A DNA stretch of 64,000 nt from Chloroflexota bacterium (GTDB taxonomy: Bacteria; Chloroflexota; Chloroflexia; Thermomicrobiales; UBA6265). The translations under genes and the position numbers were made by a program. The notes below the pieces were generated by a model. That model saw only the letters and a program-made list of their open reading frames with translations. It did no database searches and was not told the origin of the DNA. Position 1 is the first letter of the stretch, and each line of letters starts with the position of its first letter. The stretch lies in the NCBI GenBank assembly GCA_023389575.1, contig JAEWEG010000006.1, positions 5,582-69,581 on the forward strand, given 5' to 3'. Below, one piece after another: positions 46,942 through 56,242 of the stretch.

Positions 46942-47407
46942 ATTTTGTTCTGCTCGATCACTGCCGAGGGATACCAGCCGGACCGTGATCGAAAGGTCTG
47001 GCTTCGGAGAGGAAAGTTGTGAAGTGGTACTAACATCCATCGTTTCCCTCAGGTGTTAGCACACTGTTGTGGGGAAGATGAGGATAGTGTTGTGCCAGGC
47101 GACCGGCTAGCTTCGCCCGAGGCGGCTAAGGAATCTCCGGACCGCGATGGATTTGGAATGACATGAGTCTGGATGTCATCGCGTTCCTGCTTGGCCCAGC
47201 GTCGTCAGTCACGTTGGTCGTGAAAGCGGCGAGCCCATGGTTAGATTTTCAACGTTCTGTACATCGCCGGAGCGGTGTGCGTCTCTCTTCTTGAGTCGTC
47301 TGCGACTATCGTAGCATCGCGATATCGTGTTGTCTACCCCTCTGGCGATATTTGTGATGAATTGCACGACCAAATGGGTAGGTGCACGTATTCGACGCCT
47401 TGCTGGC

Positions 47408-48676
47408 CTATCGGACACGAGCCCGGAGGGTATCGGCCAGCGACTCCACGCGCTCTCGATCGATCGCGTAGTACTTCATCCCCCGGCGCGGCTCGACCTG
47501 GATCAGGCCCGCTCTCTCAAGTTGGGAGAGGTGTCGCGACACGGCCGACTGGGCAATCCCCAGCCGCCCGACGATCTCCTGGGCGTAAAGCTGACCGCTG
47601 CTGAGCAGGTCGATGATCCGCAACCGATTGGCGTCGCCCAGGGCTCGCAACATTTCCAGCAGGTCATCGCCAGACAGGTCGATCTGCGGCGCGCCACCTT
47701 CGAAGGAGGGCGACGGCGCTGGGGAGCCAACCGTTTCCGGCTCCATGATCGATGCCATGTTGACAACGTTCTGCGCGCTGAAGAACACCACCAGGTCGGG
47801 CGGATAGCTGATGAAGCTGACGAAGGCCCCAATATGCGCCGAGGGACAGAACGTCACGCTCGCCACCTGGTTCAACCCAGCCGCCAACGTGGAAGGCAGC
47901 CGATTGCCGGTCAGCTCAGCGAACGCCATCCCGAAGCCACGGCTCGCCTCGACTCTCGCGATCCGCTCGGCTTCCTCGAGTTCTCCGCGCCGCTGCTCGT
48001 ATTCCTCGCGGTACACCGTGTCCCAGATGCCGCGTATGAGGCGCATGGTGCGCTCTTTCAAGCTCTGAGGGTCACGAATCAGCACGACCACCTCCTCGGC
48101 GGTCGCGGTGGTCAGGCCCGGCTCCACGTACCGGAACCAGGCGCCTTCCTCACCGGGAGTGGGAGCGGCGAGCCCGGTGCCGAGATCCTGGTGCACCCGG
48201 TCGAGCGCCCGGATCGCCATGTCCCGATACTCACCCGGGTCGAGTTCTCCGAGGAACCACAACAGGTCATCGACCGTCGCGCCCACGCGATCCTCGCGCA
48301 GCGGCTCGAACCGCATGATCGGTTCTTCCATGTAGTACAGGAGCCGGCCCGAGAACCCATGCAGCAGGTCGAGATCTTCCTGCAACTGCCGGGGAAGCTG
48401 CCGCCGCGCGGCGATCAACCAGCGGTCCAACCCACTGCCAGGCACCGCCCGGTACAGCAGCGACATGACGGAAACCATGTCGAGCGGAATCGAAACGGCT
48501 GATTTCACCTGAAGCGCGGGACGTCCGACGACGAGTTCGCCCATGTAGAGGTCCACTTCCTGACTAAACGCGCCGATGGAGGAATGTTCGATGGTACGGA
48601 TTACAGGCGCGGTTCGACGCGTCCGGACGAACGGAGCGGCGGATTCTCCGGCGTCGCAAGACGATGTAATCATCAC
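47408..48676 (-). CDS. ArsR-family transcriptional regulator with large N-terminal DUF5937-like domain
   Basis: C-terminal winged HTH LRALGDANRLRIIDLLSSGQLYAQEIVGRLGIAQSAVSRHLSQLERAGLI. The likely start is ATG 48544 (N-terminus MGELVVGRPALQV), since the ORF-track start at 48676 sits 4 nt after a TAATAT box. Confidence 0.78.
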   Translation of the reverse strand: MMITSSCDAGESAAPFVRTRRTAPVIRTIEHSSIGAFSQEVDLYMGELVVGRPALQVKSAVSIPLDMVSVMSLLYRAVPGSGLDRWLIAARRQLPRQLQEDLDLLHGFSGRLLYYMEEPIMRFEPLREDRVGATVDDLLWFLGELDPGEYRDMAIRALDRVHQDLGTGLAAPTPGEEGAWFRYVEPGLTTATAEEVVVLIRDPQSLKERTMRLIRGIWDTVYREEYEQRRGELEEAERIARVEASRGFGMAFAELTGNRLPSTLAAGLNQVASVTFCPSAHIGAFVSFISYPPDLVVFFSAQNVVNMASIMEPETVGSPAPSPSFEGGAPQIDLSGDDLLEMLRALGDANRLRIIDLLSSGQLYAQEIVGRLGIAQSAVSRHLSQLERAGLIQVEPRRGMKYYAIDRERVESLADTLRARVR

Positions 48677-48800
48677 GATATTAGCATAGAGACTGTTTTG
48701 TGCCTCAAATCACGATCGCCGGCTTCGTTCGCGTATTCACAATGGAGGCACCACGTTCCACCCAGACCACAATCGGCTTTCCCGTGCGAAGCCGGTCCGC

Positions 48801-48830
48801 TTGACATCAGTGGCCGTACAGGCCTAGTCT
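48801..48830 (+). promoter_or_regulatory. sigma-70-like promoter candidate for the integrase-like gene
   Basis: TTGACA (48801-48806), an 18-nt spacer, then TAGTCT (48825-48830), 48 nt upstream of ATG 48878. The 8-mer ATCACGAT is repeated at 48672 and 48709 in the same divergent region. Confidence 0.45.
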
Positions 48831-48877
48831 CCACCTATCGTCTCCGTCGAACGTGCGTTCCAAAATCGGAGTCAGCG

Positions 48878-49969
48878 ATGCCCGATCAGCCCGACCAGCC
48901 ATCTGCGTCCGAATCGACCGATCACGCCTCACGATTCCGGGGACGCGATGCGGTCACCAATCACGAGCGTGACCTTCCACCATCGGACAGTGCCGCAAAC
49001 CAGCGGCTCGAAGACGCGACGCCTCGGTCCAGGCCCGACCAGCTTGACCTGTTCGACCTCACTGACAAAGGGCGGTTTGTCGCCAACGTCGGTGGGCTCC
49101 CTCCCATCACCGCGCGATCCAGCCTCGAACTTGCCCGAACGGCCTGGCGAAAGCATCTCGAAGCCCAGAGACACCCAGCCAACACCATCGAGTCGTATTG
49201 CTACGACCTGCAGGTGTTCGAGAACCTGATCGGACCGCGCGCCCTCAATCGCATCGAGCGTTCCGACGTGGCCCTGTACCTCGGCGACGCTTCCAGCAAG
49301 TCCACGCGCAAGCGGCGGCTCACCTCCGTGCGCCGGTTCTTCAGCTATCTCATCGAAGACGCGCGCGTGCTCAAGTTCGACCCAACCGAAGGCTACTACC
49401 CCCACGCAATCAACCTTCGCGTGCCAGTGCCGCTCTTCGCCAACGAGCAGGCCGCGCTCCTTGCCGCCGCCGAGGCGGACGAAGCCTGGTCCGCGCCCGC
49501 GATCTGGCTGATGATGCGGCTCGGCCTGACGCGCTCGGAATTGCTCGCCCTCCACCGCGATCACATCGACCGCACCGCTCCGGAATCACCGGTGGTGTAC
49601 GTTGTGTACGATGCGCTGTCACGACAATCGAAAGACCGAAAACTCGCCGCAGGCGGCGAGTTTTCTCGCCTCTACGACGTCTACCTGGAAGCACGGAATC
49701 CGGCCGATATCCTGTTTCCAGTCGGCCCGCAGGCGGTAAACGGGATGGTCGAGCGGGTACGGAAAGCGGCCGGCATCACCAAGTCCGTGACGCCTCAAAC
49801 CCTGCGCACGACATTCGCCATCGAGATGGCGCGTTCTGGGGCGGACCAGCAGGATCTCCTGGCGCTCCTTGGACTCGTCAACGACCCACGAAACCGGGCC
49901 AGCGTCGACCGGTATATTCATCTCGCCGCCGAGCCGCTCGCGACGGCCACGCAGGATCAGTCGACCTAA
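48878..49969 (+). CDS. tyrosine-recombinase (XerC/D, phage-integrase) family protein with non-canonical active-site residues
   Basis: ATG 48878 (GGAG 6 nt upstream). SAM-like N-domain (NTIESYCYDLQVFENLIG, LTSVRRFFSYLIED). The catalytic domain has box I GLTRSELLAL but box II PQTLRTTFAIEMA (His to Gln and Thr), LGL instead of LGH, and the Tyr in RYIHL. About 100 aa at the N-terminus are disordered. Confidence 0.75.
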   Translation: MPDQPDQPSASESTDHASRFRGRDAVTNHERDLPPSDSAANQRLEDATPRSRPDQLDLFDLTDKGRFVANVGGLPPITARSSLELARTAWRKHLEAQRHPANTIESYCYDLQVFENLIGPRALNRIERSDVALYLGDASSKSTRKRRLTSVRRFFSYLIEDARVLKFDPTEGYYPHAINLRVPVPLFANEQAALLAAAEADEAWSAPAIWLMMRLGLTRSELLALHRDHIDRTAPESPVVYVVYDALSRQSKDRKLAAGGEFSRLYDVYLEARNPADILFPVGPQAVNGMVERVRKAAGITKSVTPQTLRTTFAIEMARSGADQQDLLALLGLVNDPRNRASVDRYIHLAAEPLATATQDQST

Positions 49970-49999
49970 GCACGTAGCTACTCCGGGAGATGGCATCAC

Positions 50000-50524
50000 A
50001 TGACCACCGGCCAGTTGGTCGTCATCGCGCTTCGATTGATTGTGCCGCTGATCATCTTCCGCAAGCCGCTGCCCGGCACCATCGCCGCGCTGCTGCTCGA
50101 TGCGCTCGACGTGGTCATCGTCGAGTTCTTCGGCGAAGGCGGCATGGGCGAGCACTATCACAGCATCGACAAATTGCTGGACCTCTACTACCTCGGCATC
50201 TGCGCCTACGTCTCCTGGACCTGGACCGAACGCATTCCCCGGCTCATCGCGCTGGCTCTGTTCGCCTACCGGGTCATCGGGGTCGCGCTGTTCGAGATCG
50301 TCGGATGGCGGCCGCTCCTGTTCATCTTCCCCAATCTTTTCGAAAACTGGTTCATCTTCGTGCTGGTCGTTTGGCGCTTCTTCCCGGGAGTGGACCTCAA
50401 CTCGTGGAAACGCTCGCTGGTCTGGCTGGTCATCCTCTACATTCCGAAGCTGGGGCAGGAATACCTGCTCCACGTGGCGGAAGCGCAGCCGTGGGGATGG
50501 TTCAAGTCGAAGATCGGTCTGTAG
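50000..50524 (+). CDS. hypothetical membrane protein
   Basis: 174-aa, about 5 hydrophobic helices, 30 nt after the integrase-like gene. The 3' end overlaps the convergent manA by 23 nt. Confidence 0.58.
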   Translation: MTTGQLVVIALRLIVPLIIFRKPLPGTIAALLLDALDVVIVEFFGEGGMGEHYHSIDKLLDLYYLGICAYVSWTWTERIPRLIALALFAYRVIGVALFEIVGWRPLLFIFPNLFENWFIFVLVVWRFFPGVDLNSWKRSLVWLVILYIPKLGQEYLLHVAEAQPWGWFKSKIGL

Positions 50525-51599
50525 CGATATCGCCCGTGTCGCCGGAAAGCGCGGCCACCTCGGCAAGCGTCGCGCCCTCCGCGAGCGCGGGCTTCACCAC
50601 GTCGGCCTCCAGGTCCGGCACCCAGCAGATGAGCGCCGTCGCGTCTCCGATCGACTCCAGGCGAGCATCCTCCTGGCCGGCCCACACCACCGCCGACTGC
50701 CCGCTACCGAGGGATAGTCCCGCAATCTCAACATTTCCTTCGAGCACCGTCACCACCGATGGACTTTCCTTGCGTCCTATGGTCGTCCAACCGCCACCTG
50801 AAAGCTTCAACCGCTCCAGCGCGAAGTACCGGCAGGCCGTCAACAGCTCCCTCGTTCCTCCATCAATGGCGATCTTCACCGGCGCGATGGTCTCCGGCCT
50901 CAGCTCCGGGCGCGACACCGAGAATCCCGCCTCCAGGTGCATTGTTCTCGGATTACCCTCGCTGTCGACCCGCCCCCAGTCGTCAAGCCTGTAAGTCACG
51001 TCGGAAGGCTGCTGGACCTCGTAGACGATCACTCCTGCTCCGAGCGCGTGGATCGTGCCCGCTGGGATGAGCACCGTCCTTCCGGGCGTCGCCGCGACCG
51101 TCCGCATCAACGCCGACGACGATCCATCCAGCCTGGCGGCCTCGGCCTGGAAGCGATCGAAGTCCACCCCCTCGCCCAACCCGACATAGAGATTCGCGCC
51201 GGCCTCCGCGGCCAGCACGTACCACGCCTCGGTCTTGCCCAGCTTGTCCAGCGGGGACGCCGCGTCATCATCCGGATGGACCTGGATCGATAGATTCTCG
51301 CTGGCATCAATCAGCTTCACCAGCAGTGGAAACATCGCCCGGCCACCAGTGGCCGCCGTCGCCAGTCGACCGCCGAGCCCTTCGACATCCCCAGCCAGGA
51401 TCGAGTCGAGTATCCTTCCCGCCCCGAAACCGCCCGTCACCAATGCATCACCGGCCGTGACGAGGGCTTCGCCAATGCGTTCCGCATCCGGAAGCGCGAT
51501 ACCGAACCGATCCAGCCGCCTGCCTCCCCAGGGCTTGGCATCCAGGCGGGGGGACACGATCGATATCCTTTGCTTCACGGTCACGGCTCCTTCTATCAC
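50502..51599 (-). CDS. manA: mannose-6-phosphate isomerase, class I
   Basis: KPWGG, LSIQVHPDD, GKTEAWYVL and GTIHALGAG motifs of type I PMI (cupin). Confidence 0.84.
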   Translation of the reverse strand: MIEGAVTVKQRISIVSPRLDAKPWGGRRLDRFGIALPDAERIGEALVTAGDALVTGGFGAGRILDSILAGDVEGLGGRLATAATGGRAMFPLLVKLIDASENLSIQVHPDDDAASPLDKLGKTEAWYVLAAEAGANLYVGLGEGVDFDRFQAEAARLDGSSSALMRTVAATPGRTVLIPAGTIHALGAGVIVYEVQQPSDVTYRLDDWGRVDSEGNPRTMHLEAGFSVSRPELRPETIAPVKIAIDGGTRELLTACRYFALERLKLSGGGWTTIGRKESPSVVTVLEGNVEIAGLSLGSGQSAVVWAGQEDARLESIGDATALICWVPDLEADVVKPALAEGATLAEVAALSGDTGDIATDRSST

Positions 51600-51720
51600 A
51601 TACGTCCACGCGACACTCTCCCCTAAATCGAGGAGATTACCTACAGTTCATCGTACTATTCATGTGGAACAAGGGATTGCAGGTCACGGTTACGACGCAT
51701 AAACGGGGAGTGGTAAATCC

Positions 51721-52839
51721 ATGGCGGAAAAGCAAGTCCGTTCGCGATCTGGCCGGGCGGGCAACTTCTGGGCGGTCATTCCCGCGGGCGGCTCGGGCAC
51801 GCGGCTCTGGCCCCTCAGTCGCGCGGCCCGGCCAAAGTTCCTGCTGCCCTTGCTTGGCAACGACTCGTTGCTCCAGCAAACCTGGAACCGCCTGACGCTC
51901 CTCACCGATCCCTCCCGGATCGTTGTCGTCTGCGGTCCGGCGCATGTCGCCGCCATCGCTCGCCAGCTGCCGAATCTCCCCTCGGCAAACTTGATCGTTG
52001 AGCCTATCCCCAATGGCACGGCACCGGCTCTGGCCCTGGCATCCGCCCTGATCGCCGCACGGGATCCAGAGGCAATCATGGGGAGCTTCGCCGCCGACCA
52101 CGACATCGCCCAGGTCGATGAGTTCCAGCGAGCCGTGCAGACGGCAATCGCCGCCGCCCGCACGGGCGAACTGGTGACGATCGGGCTTGAACCCACGCGA
52201 CCGGAAACCGGCTACGGCTACATCGAGCGGACCAGCGATCCGGTCGTCGAGACCTCGAATGGCACGGCCTTCCATGCTTCCCGCTTTGTCGAGAAGCCAG
52301 ACGTCGAGACCGCCCGATCGTATGTCGAGGCGGGGACATTCCTCTGGAATGCCGGAATGTTCGTCTGGCAGGTGAAGTCATTGATGCGGGAGCTCGAGCG
52401 ACAACAACCCGCCATCCACGCTGGGGTGCTCCATATTGCTCGGGCCTGGGATACGCGCCGTCGCGAGCAGGTACTGACCGAAACCTGGCCCACGCTCCCC
52501 AATGAAACAATCGACACGGGCATCATGGAGCATGCCGAACGCGTCGCGGTCGTTCCCGCTGAAATGGGATGGTCGGATGTTGGAGATTGGAGCGGCCTCG
52601 GCGACCTCATCCAGCAAGACGGGCTTGGCAACTCCGTCCGAGGAGACCTGATGCAGATCGAGACCACCAACAGCGTCATCTGGTCGGAAACCGGCCGCGT
52701 GGTCGCGATGATCGGCCTCGACAACATCATCGTCGTGGATACCGACGATGCCTTGCTCGTCATCGATCGTGACAAGGCTCAGGAGGTCAAGCAGGTCGTC
52801 GATCGCCTGAAGTCCGGAAATCGGAAGGAACTCAGCTAG
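51721..52839 (+). CDS. mannose-1-phosphate guanylyltransferase (GDP-mannose pyrophosphorylase)
   Basis: N-terminal nucleotidyltransferase motif AVIPAGGSGTRLWPLSR, EPxxxxTA-type segment VEPIPNGTAPA, GYGYIE and FVEKPD. Confidence 0.87.
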   Translation: MAEKQVRSRSGRAGNFWAVIPAGGSGTRLWPLSRAARPKFLLPLLGNDSLLQQTWNRLTLLTDPSRIVVVCGPAHVAAIARQLPNLPSANLIVEPIPNGTAPALALASALIAARDPEAIMGSFAADHDIAQVDEFQRAVQTAIAAARTGELVTIGLEPTRPETGYGYIERTSDPVVETSNGTAFHASRFVEKPDVETARSYVEAGTFLWNAGMFVWQVKSLMRELERQQPAIHAGVLHIARAWDTRRREQVLTETWPTLPNETIDTGIMEHAERVAVVPAEMGWSDVGDWSGLGDLIQQDGLGNSVRGDLMQIETTNSVIWSETGRVVAMIGLDNIIVVDTDDALLVIDRDKAQEVKQVVDRLKSGNRKELS

Positions 52840-52878
52840 CCTTGCCGCGACTTATCAAGCGGCCGAGCGGAATGCGGC

Positions 52879-54966
52879 TTACCCCTGCGCCAGGTACGCC
52901 AGGCTGATCAGCGTGAGCTGGGTGCACCGCTGCACGCCCAGCATCGAAAGCGTATCTGGCGTGTCGCCGGTCGTGTGATGGAACGGGCTCTGACCGTAAA
53001 GTTCTCGGCCGATCATGATGGAGTCGATGCCATTTTCCCGGAGCCGATTATCGTCCGCCACGATCGCATCGTTCGTCATTGCGTTGATCGTCTGGTTCAG
53101 CCCGTAGGCTTCATTCAACCGGATGTACAGGTCCGTCATCCAGGTGGTGGTGGCATCGCCGTTTAGCACCACGTAGCTGTACTGCCGTTGCGCGCCCACG
53201 GAGTCGAGATTGAACACGCCCTCATAGGGAACGCCCTGCTCCCTGGCGTTCTGCGCGAATCGCTCGCTCCCGACGATGCCCACTTCTTCCACGTTCACGA
53301 AGATGATGCGCACGGGGTGATGCAATTCGTATTCGGAGAGCACGCGGGCAATTTCGAGCGACGCGGAGACACCGGTCGCGTTGTCGTCAGCGCCGGGAGA
53401 TACGGCCAGGTCGGTCGAGATCGTATCGAAATGGGCCATCACGCCATAAATTTCTGAGTCATCGTTCCCTGGTACTTCGCCGATGACGTTCACCACCAGG
53501 TAGCCCTCCCAGGTGAGGAAGTCTTCATACCAGACATTCAGTCCGTAGGATTCGAGCCGGGTATATAGGTACTCAGCCGCCAGCATGTTCGACGCGGACG
53601 TATAGTAGCGGGTACCGATCCCGGATCCATCCGTGGACCCCATGCCAACCAGGTCCGTGATCGACGCCTCGAGATTGCTCTCGGACACATCGTCGATCAG
53701 CGAGCCGATCTCGATGGAAGCCAGTGACACCGGCTCCTCGGGCAGGACGACCTCCAACGGCGGCGCTGGCGCGACCTTCTCGACCTGATAGCCCCAATCG
53801 GTGAGCGGCCGCACGTTGGCTGGCACGCTGCCAACCTGCACCAGGCGCCACTGGTCCGCGGAATCCAGGATCGTGCCGAAACTCTTCACCCGGTCGTCGC
53901 TGGTCTCCTCGCTCGGCACCCACGCCATGTACAACGCAAGCGTGTCAGCCGATTCCGCGACCATCGTCGTCTCGGTGTTTTGCTCGAACCAGGCGATACC
54001 TTCTGGCGCGGCGATCACCCAGTCCCATCCGTCAACGCTGAACGAGGGCCGGGTATTGGCGTCGGCCATCAATTGATCGGCATCGCCGGTGTCAGCGATC
54101 CGAACCAGGCAGCGTTCCGGACAGTCGCTGGCGACCGGCCCCAACTCGATCCCGTCCAACGGATCGCCTGTTGAGGCGCCAGGAGTGCCTTCGTCGTCAT
54201 CGTTCACGTTGCGCTGGTTGTCACCACCGCGTCGTGGTTCCTGTGTTGGCGTCGGCTCATCGGACTGTGTCGGGACCCTTGGCACGAATACCGATGGCGT
54301 GGAGTCGTCACTTTCCTCGGTACCATCGATTGGTGCGTTGATGACCGACTCCTCGGTCGGAGTTGGCGTGGGTTCTCCCCCACCGTCGCCTCGCCCCGCG
54401 AGATACCAGACCAGCAGGATCAGCGCGAGGAGGGCCAGCAGGATACCGCCGAGGATGGTCCAGTTGGGCCGTCCATCATCCTGGAACGCCCAGGGAAAGC
54501 GATCCTGGTAGCCACCGCCGTCTCCAGAGCCGTCGTCGTCAGGAACGCCGGTGTCAACCTGAACTGGCTCGACATCCACCGTGTCCCGCCATCGTCGCGC
54601 TGGCCGCTCCCGTGCCGTGACTCCGGTTGGGGGTTCATCCTGTAGCGATTCGCGCGGTTCCCGGGTCGATTTAGGAGGACGACTCGCCTCGGCCGGACGC
54701 CGCTCGGCGGTTCGCCGACGCGACGATCGCGATGATGCCGACCGGGCAGGCGTGCCAAACAGTTCAGCGGAGGATCGAACCGTTGACGAAACGTACGACC
54801 CGAAGTCGACGTCTCCAGCATTCCTGGGCACCCCGGAATCACGGCCGTCCGTTTCGGACAGCGGATTGCCCGCGGCATGGTCGTCCGCCGGCGGTCGGCC
54901 CTGGTTCTGCGGTGGTTTTCGAGAATCGCCAGATGGCATGCATGGCTCCGCTGTCTCAGCCGTCAC
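52879..54966 (-). CDS. M28 family metallopeptidase with disordered cytoplasmic N-terminus and single TM
   Basis: C-terminal M28 motifs (MAHFDT, GADDNATGVSASLEIARVL, FVNVEEVGIVGS). TM segment WTILGGILLALLALILLVWYLAG. About 170 aa are R/S/P/D-rich. Confidence 0.8.
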   Translation of the reverse strand: MTAETAEPCMPSGDSRKPPQNQGRPPADDHAAGNPLSETDGRDSGVPRNAGDVDFGSYVSSTVRSSAELFGTPARSASSRSSRRRTAERRPAEASRPPKSTREPRESLQDEPPTGVTARERPARRWRDTVDVEPVQVDTGVPDDDGSGDGGGYQDRFPWAFQDDGRPNWTILGGILLALLALILLVWYLAGRGDGGGEPTPTPTEESVINAPIDGTEESDDSTPSVFVPRVPTQSDEPTPTQEPRRGGDNQRNVNDDDEGTPGASTGDPLDGIELGPVASDCPERCLVRIADTGDADQLMADANTRPSFSVDGWDWVIAAPEGIAWFEQNTETTMVAESADTLALYMAWVPSEETSDDRVKSFGTILDSADQWRLVQVGSVPANVRPLTDWGYQVEKVAPAPPLEVVLPEEPVSLASIEIGSLIDDVSESNLEASITDLVGMGSTDGSGIGTRYYTSASNMLAAEYLYTRLESYGLNVWYEDFLTWEGYLVVNVIGEVPGNDDSEIYGVMAHFDTISTDLAVSPGADDNATGVSASLEIARVLSEYELHHPVRIIFVNVEEVGIVGSERFAQNAREQGVPYEGVFNLDSVGAQRQYSYVVLNGDATTTWMTDLYIRLNEAYGLNQTINAMTNDAIVADDNRLRENGIDSIMIGRELYGQSPFHHTTGDTPDTLSMLGVQRCTQLTLISLAYLAQG

Positions 54967-55152
54967 AATCGCCCATCGGTGATGCGTGGTGCGAGGAGGG
55001 AGTCGTGACGCTCAAGCGCGAGTAAGGATCCGGACTCTCCAGGTGTCCCGTCCGGACCACATTCAGGAAGAGCTTCCCGAAGTTTAGCCTAACAAATGCC
55101 TAGCGAACACGCGCCCCTGTACGTACAGGGGTAGCTTCTTCGTTTCATCCCG

Positions 55153-56079
55153 TTACGTTCCGAAAGGCGCGAGGTCTAGATCGAGCAGTTCCTCGACAAT
55201 CGCCCGCAACTGGTTCGTCACCTGACCAAGGATCGCTGATCCCGCTTCGGCGGACGCCGTGCTCGAATCGCCGGTGGCCCCGGATTCGCCCACCGCGCCT
55301 TGCGCCACCGGCAGGACGCCTCCCGCCGCCCGCACGATCGTTCGTGCCCTGTCGAGTCGTTCGTCGATGGCGCGGCGTCCCAGCGCTTCCTGGATTACCA
55401 GGTCAGGTCGTATCGCCTGGATCACCGACGTTTCGTCACCGCCAGCGTGACCGATCGCCTCGTCACCCAGCACCTCCCGGGCGGCGTTCGCGATGAGGGT
55501 GTAGGCAAACACTGGCACAACCATCGGCACGCCCAGTTCCCGGTGGCTCCGCTCGGCGGCAATTTGCAGGGCCGCCGTGTTTCCGCCATGGATATTCACG
55601 AGCACGAACCGTTTCACGCCATGGCTGTGCAGCGACTCCACCATATCCAATACGAGGGCGATCAGTGTGTCCTCTCGAAGGGAGATCGTTCCAGGGAAAC
55701 TCATGTGGTGCCACGATACTCCCCAGGGAATCGTTGGCGCGACCGCCACTCTCGGCGCCAGCAGCGTCGACGTCAGGGCAGAAAGAACCTGCGCGGACAT
55801 CGCGTCGGTGGATACCGGTAGCGCTGGTCCGTGTTGCTCGTGCGCTCCGACGGGTATCAGCACGGCCTCGATTTCCCGAAGTGCCGACGCGAACCCCGGA
55901 GAGGTGAGGTCGGCAAGCAACAATGGCCCGCGCAATCCAGCCTCTTCCGCGGCTTGCGCGGCATCACCATCAGTACTTGCCGTCGCGTCTGGATGACCGT
56001 TGCTCTGCATATGATCCTGAGTCATGAGGTCGAGTCGCCTTTCGTGGATACCGTCGCATGAGAGGCAATGGTCCCGCAC
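55153..56079 (-). CDS. creatininase-family amidohydrolase
   Basis: VLIPVGAHEQHGPALPVSTD and FVLVNIHGGN motifs. Start is uncertain (56079 or 56025). Confidence 0.8.
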   Translation of the reverse strand: MRDHCLSCDGIHERRLDLMTQDHMQSNGHPDATASTDGDAAQAAEEAGLRGPLLLADLTSPGFASALREIEAVLIPVGAHEQHGPALPVSTDAMSAQVLSALTSTLLAPRVAVAPTIPWGVSWHHMSFPGTISLREDTLIALVLDMVESLHSHGVKRFVLVNIHGGNTAALQIAAERSHRELGVPMVVPVFAYTLIANAAREVLGDEAIGHAGGDETSVIQAIRPDLVIQEALGRRAIDERLDRARTIVRAAGGVLPVAQGAVGESGATGDSSTASAEAGSAILGQVTNQLRAIVEELLDLDLAPFGT

Positions 56080-56242
56080 TTCGTGCGTTCGCTCAAATGG
56101 AATGTCTTCGATCGTCCCTCATGGTCGCCGCTTCATGGCCAGTGGATGTGACGATGCGCAATCGGTTCCTGGACGCCTAACACCGATCCACTATCATGCA
56201 TACCCATCACAAGCTGGTCCTCACACGAACAGGCCCTGGTCA

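Noticed and set aside
47007-47017. GAGAGGAAAGU string resembling the RNase P CR-I box GAGGAAAGUCCGGGC.
   Set aside because: The match stops after 9 nt (followed by UGUGAAG). No other RNase P conserved regions are found nearby.
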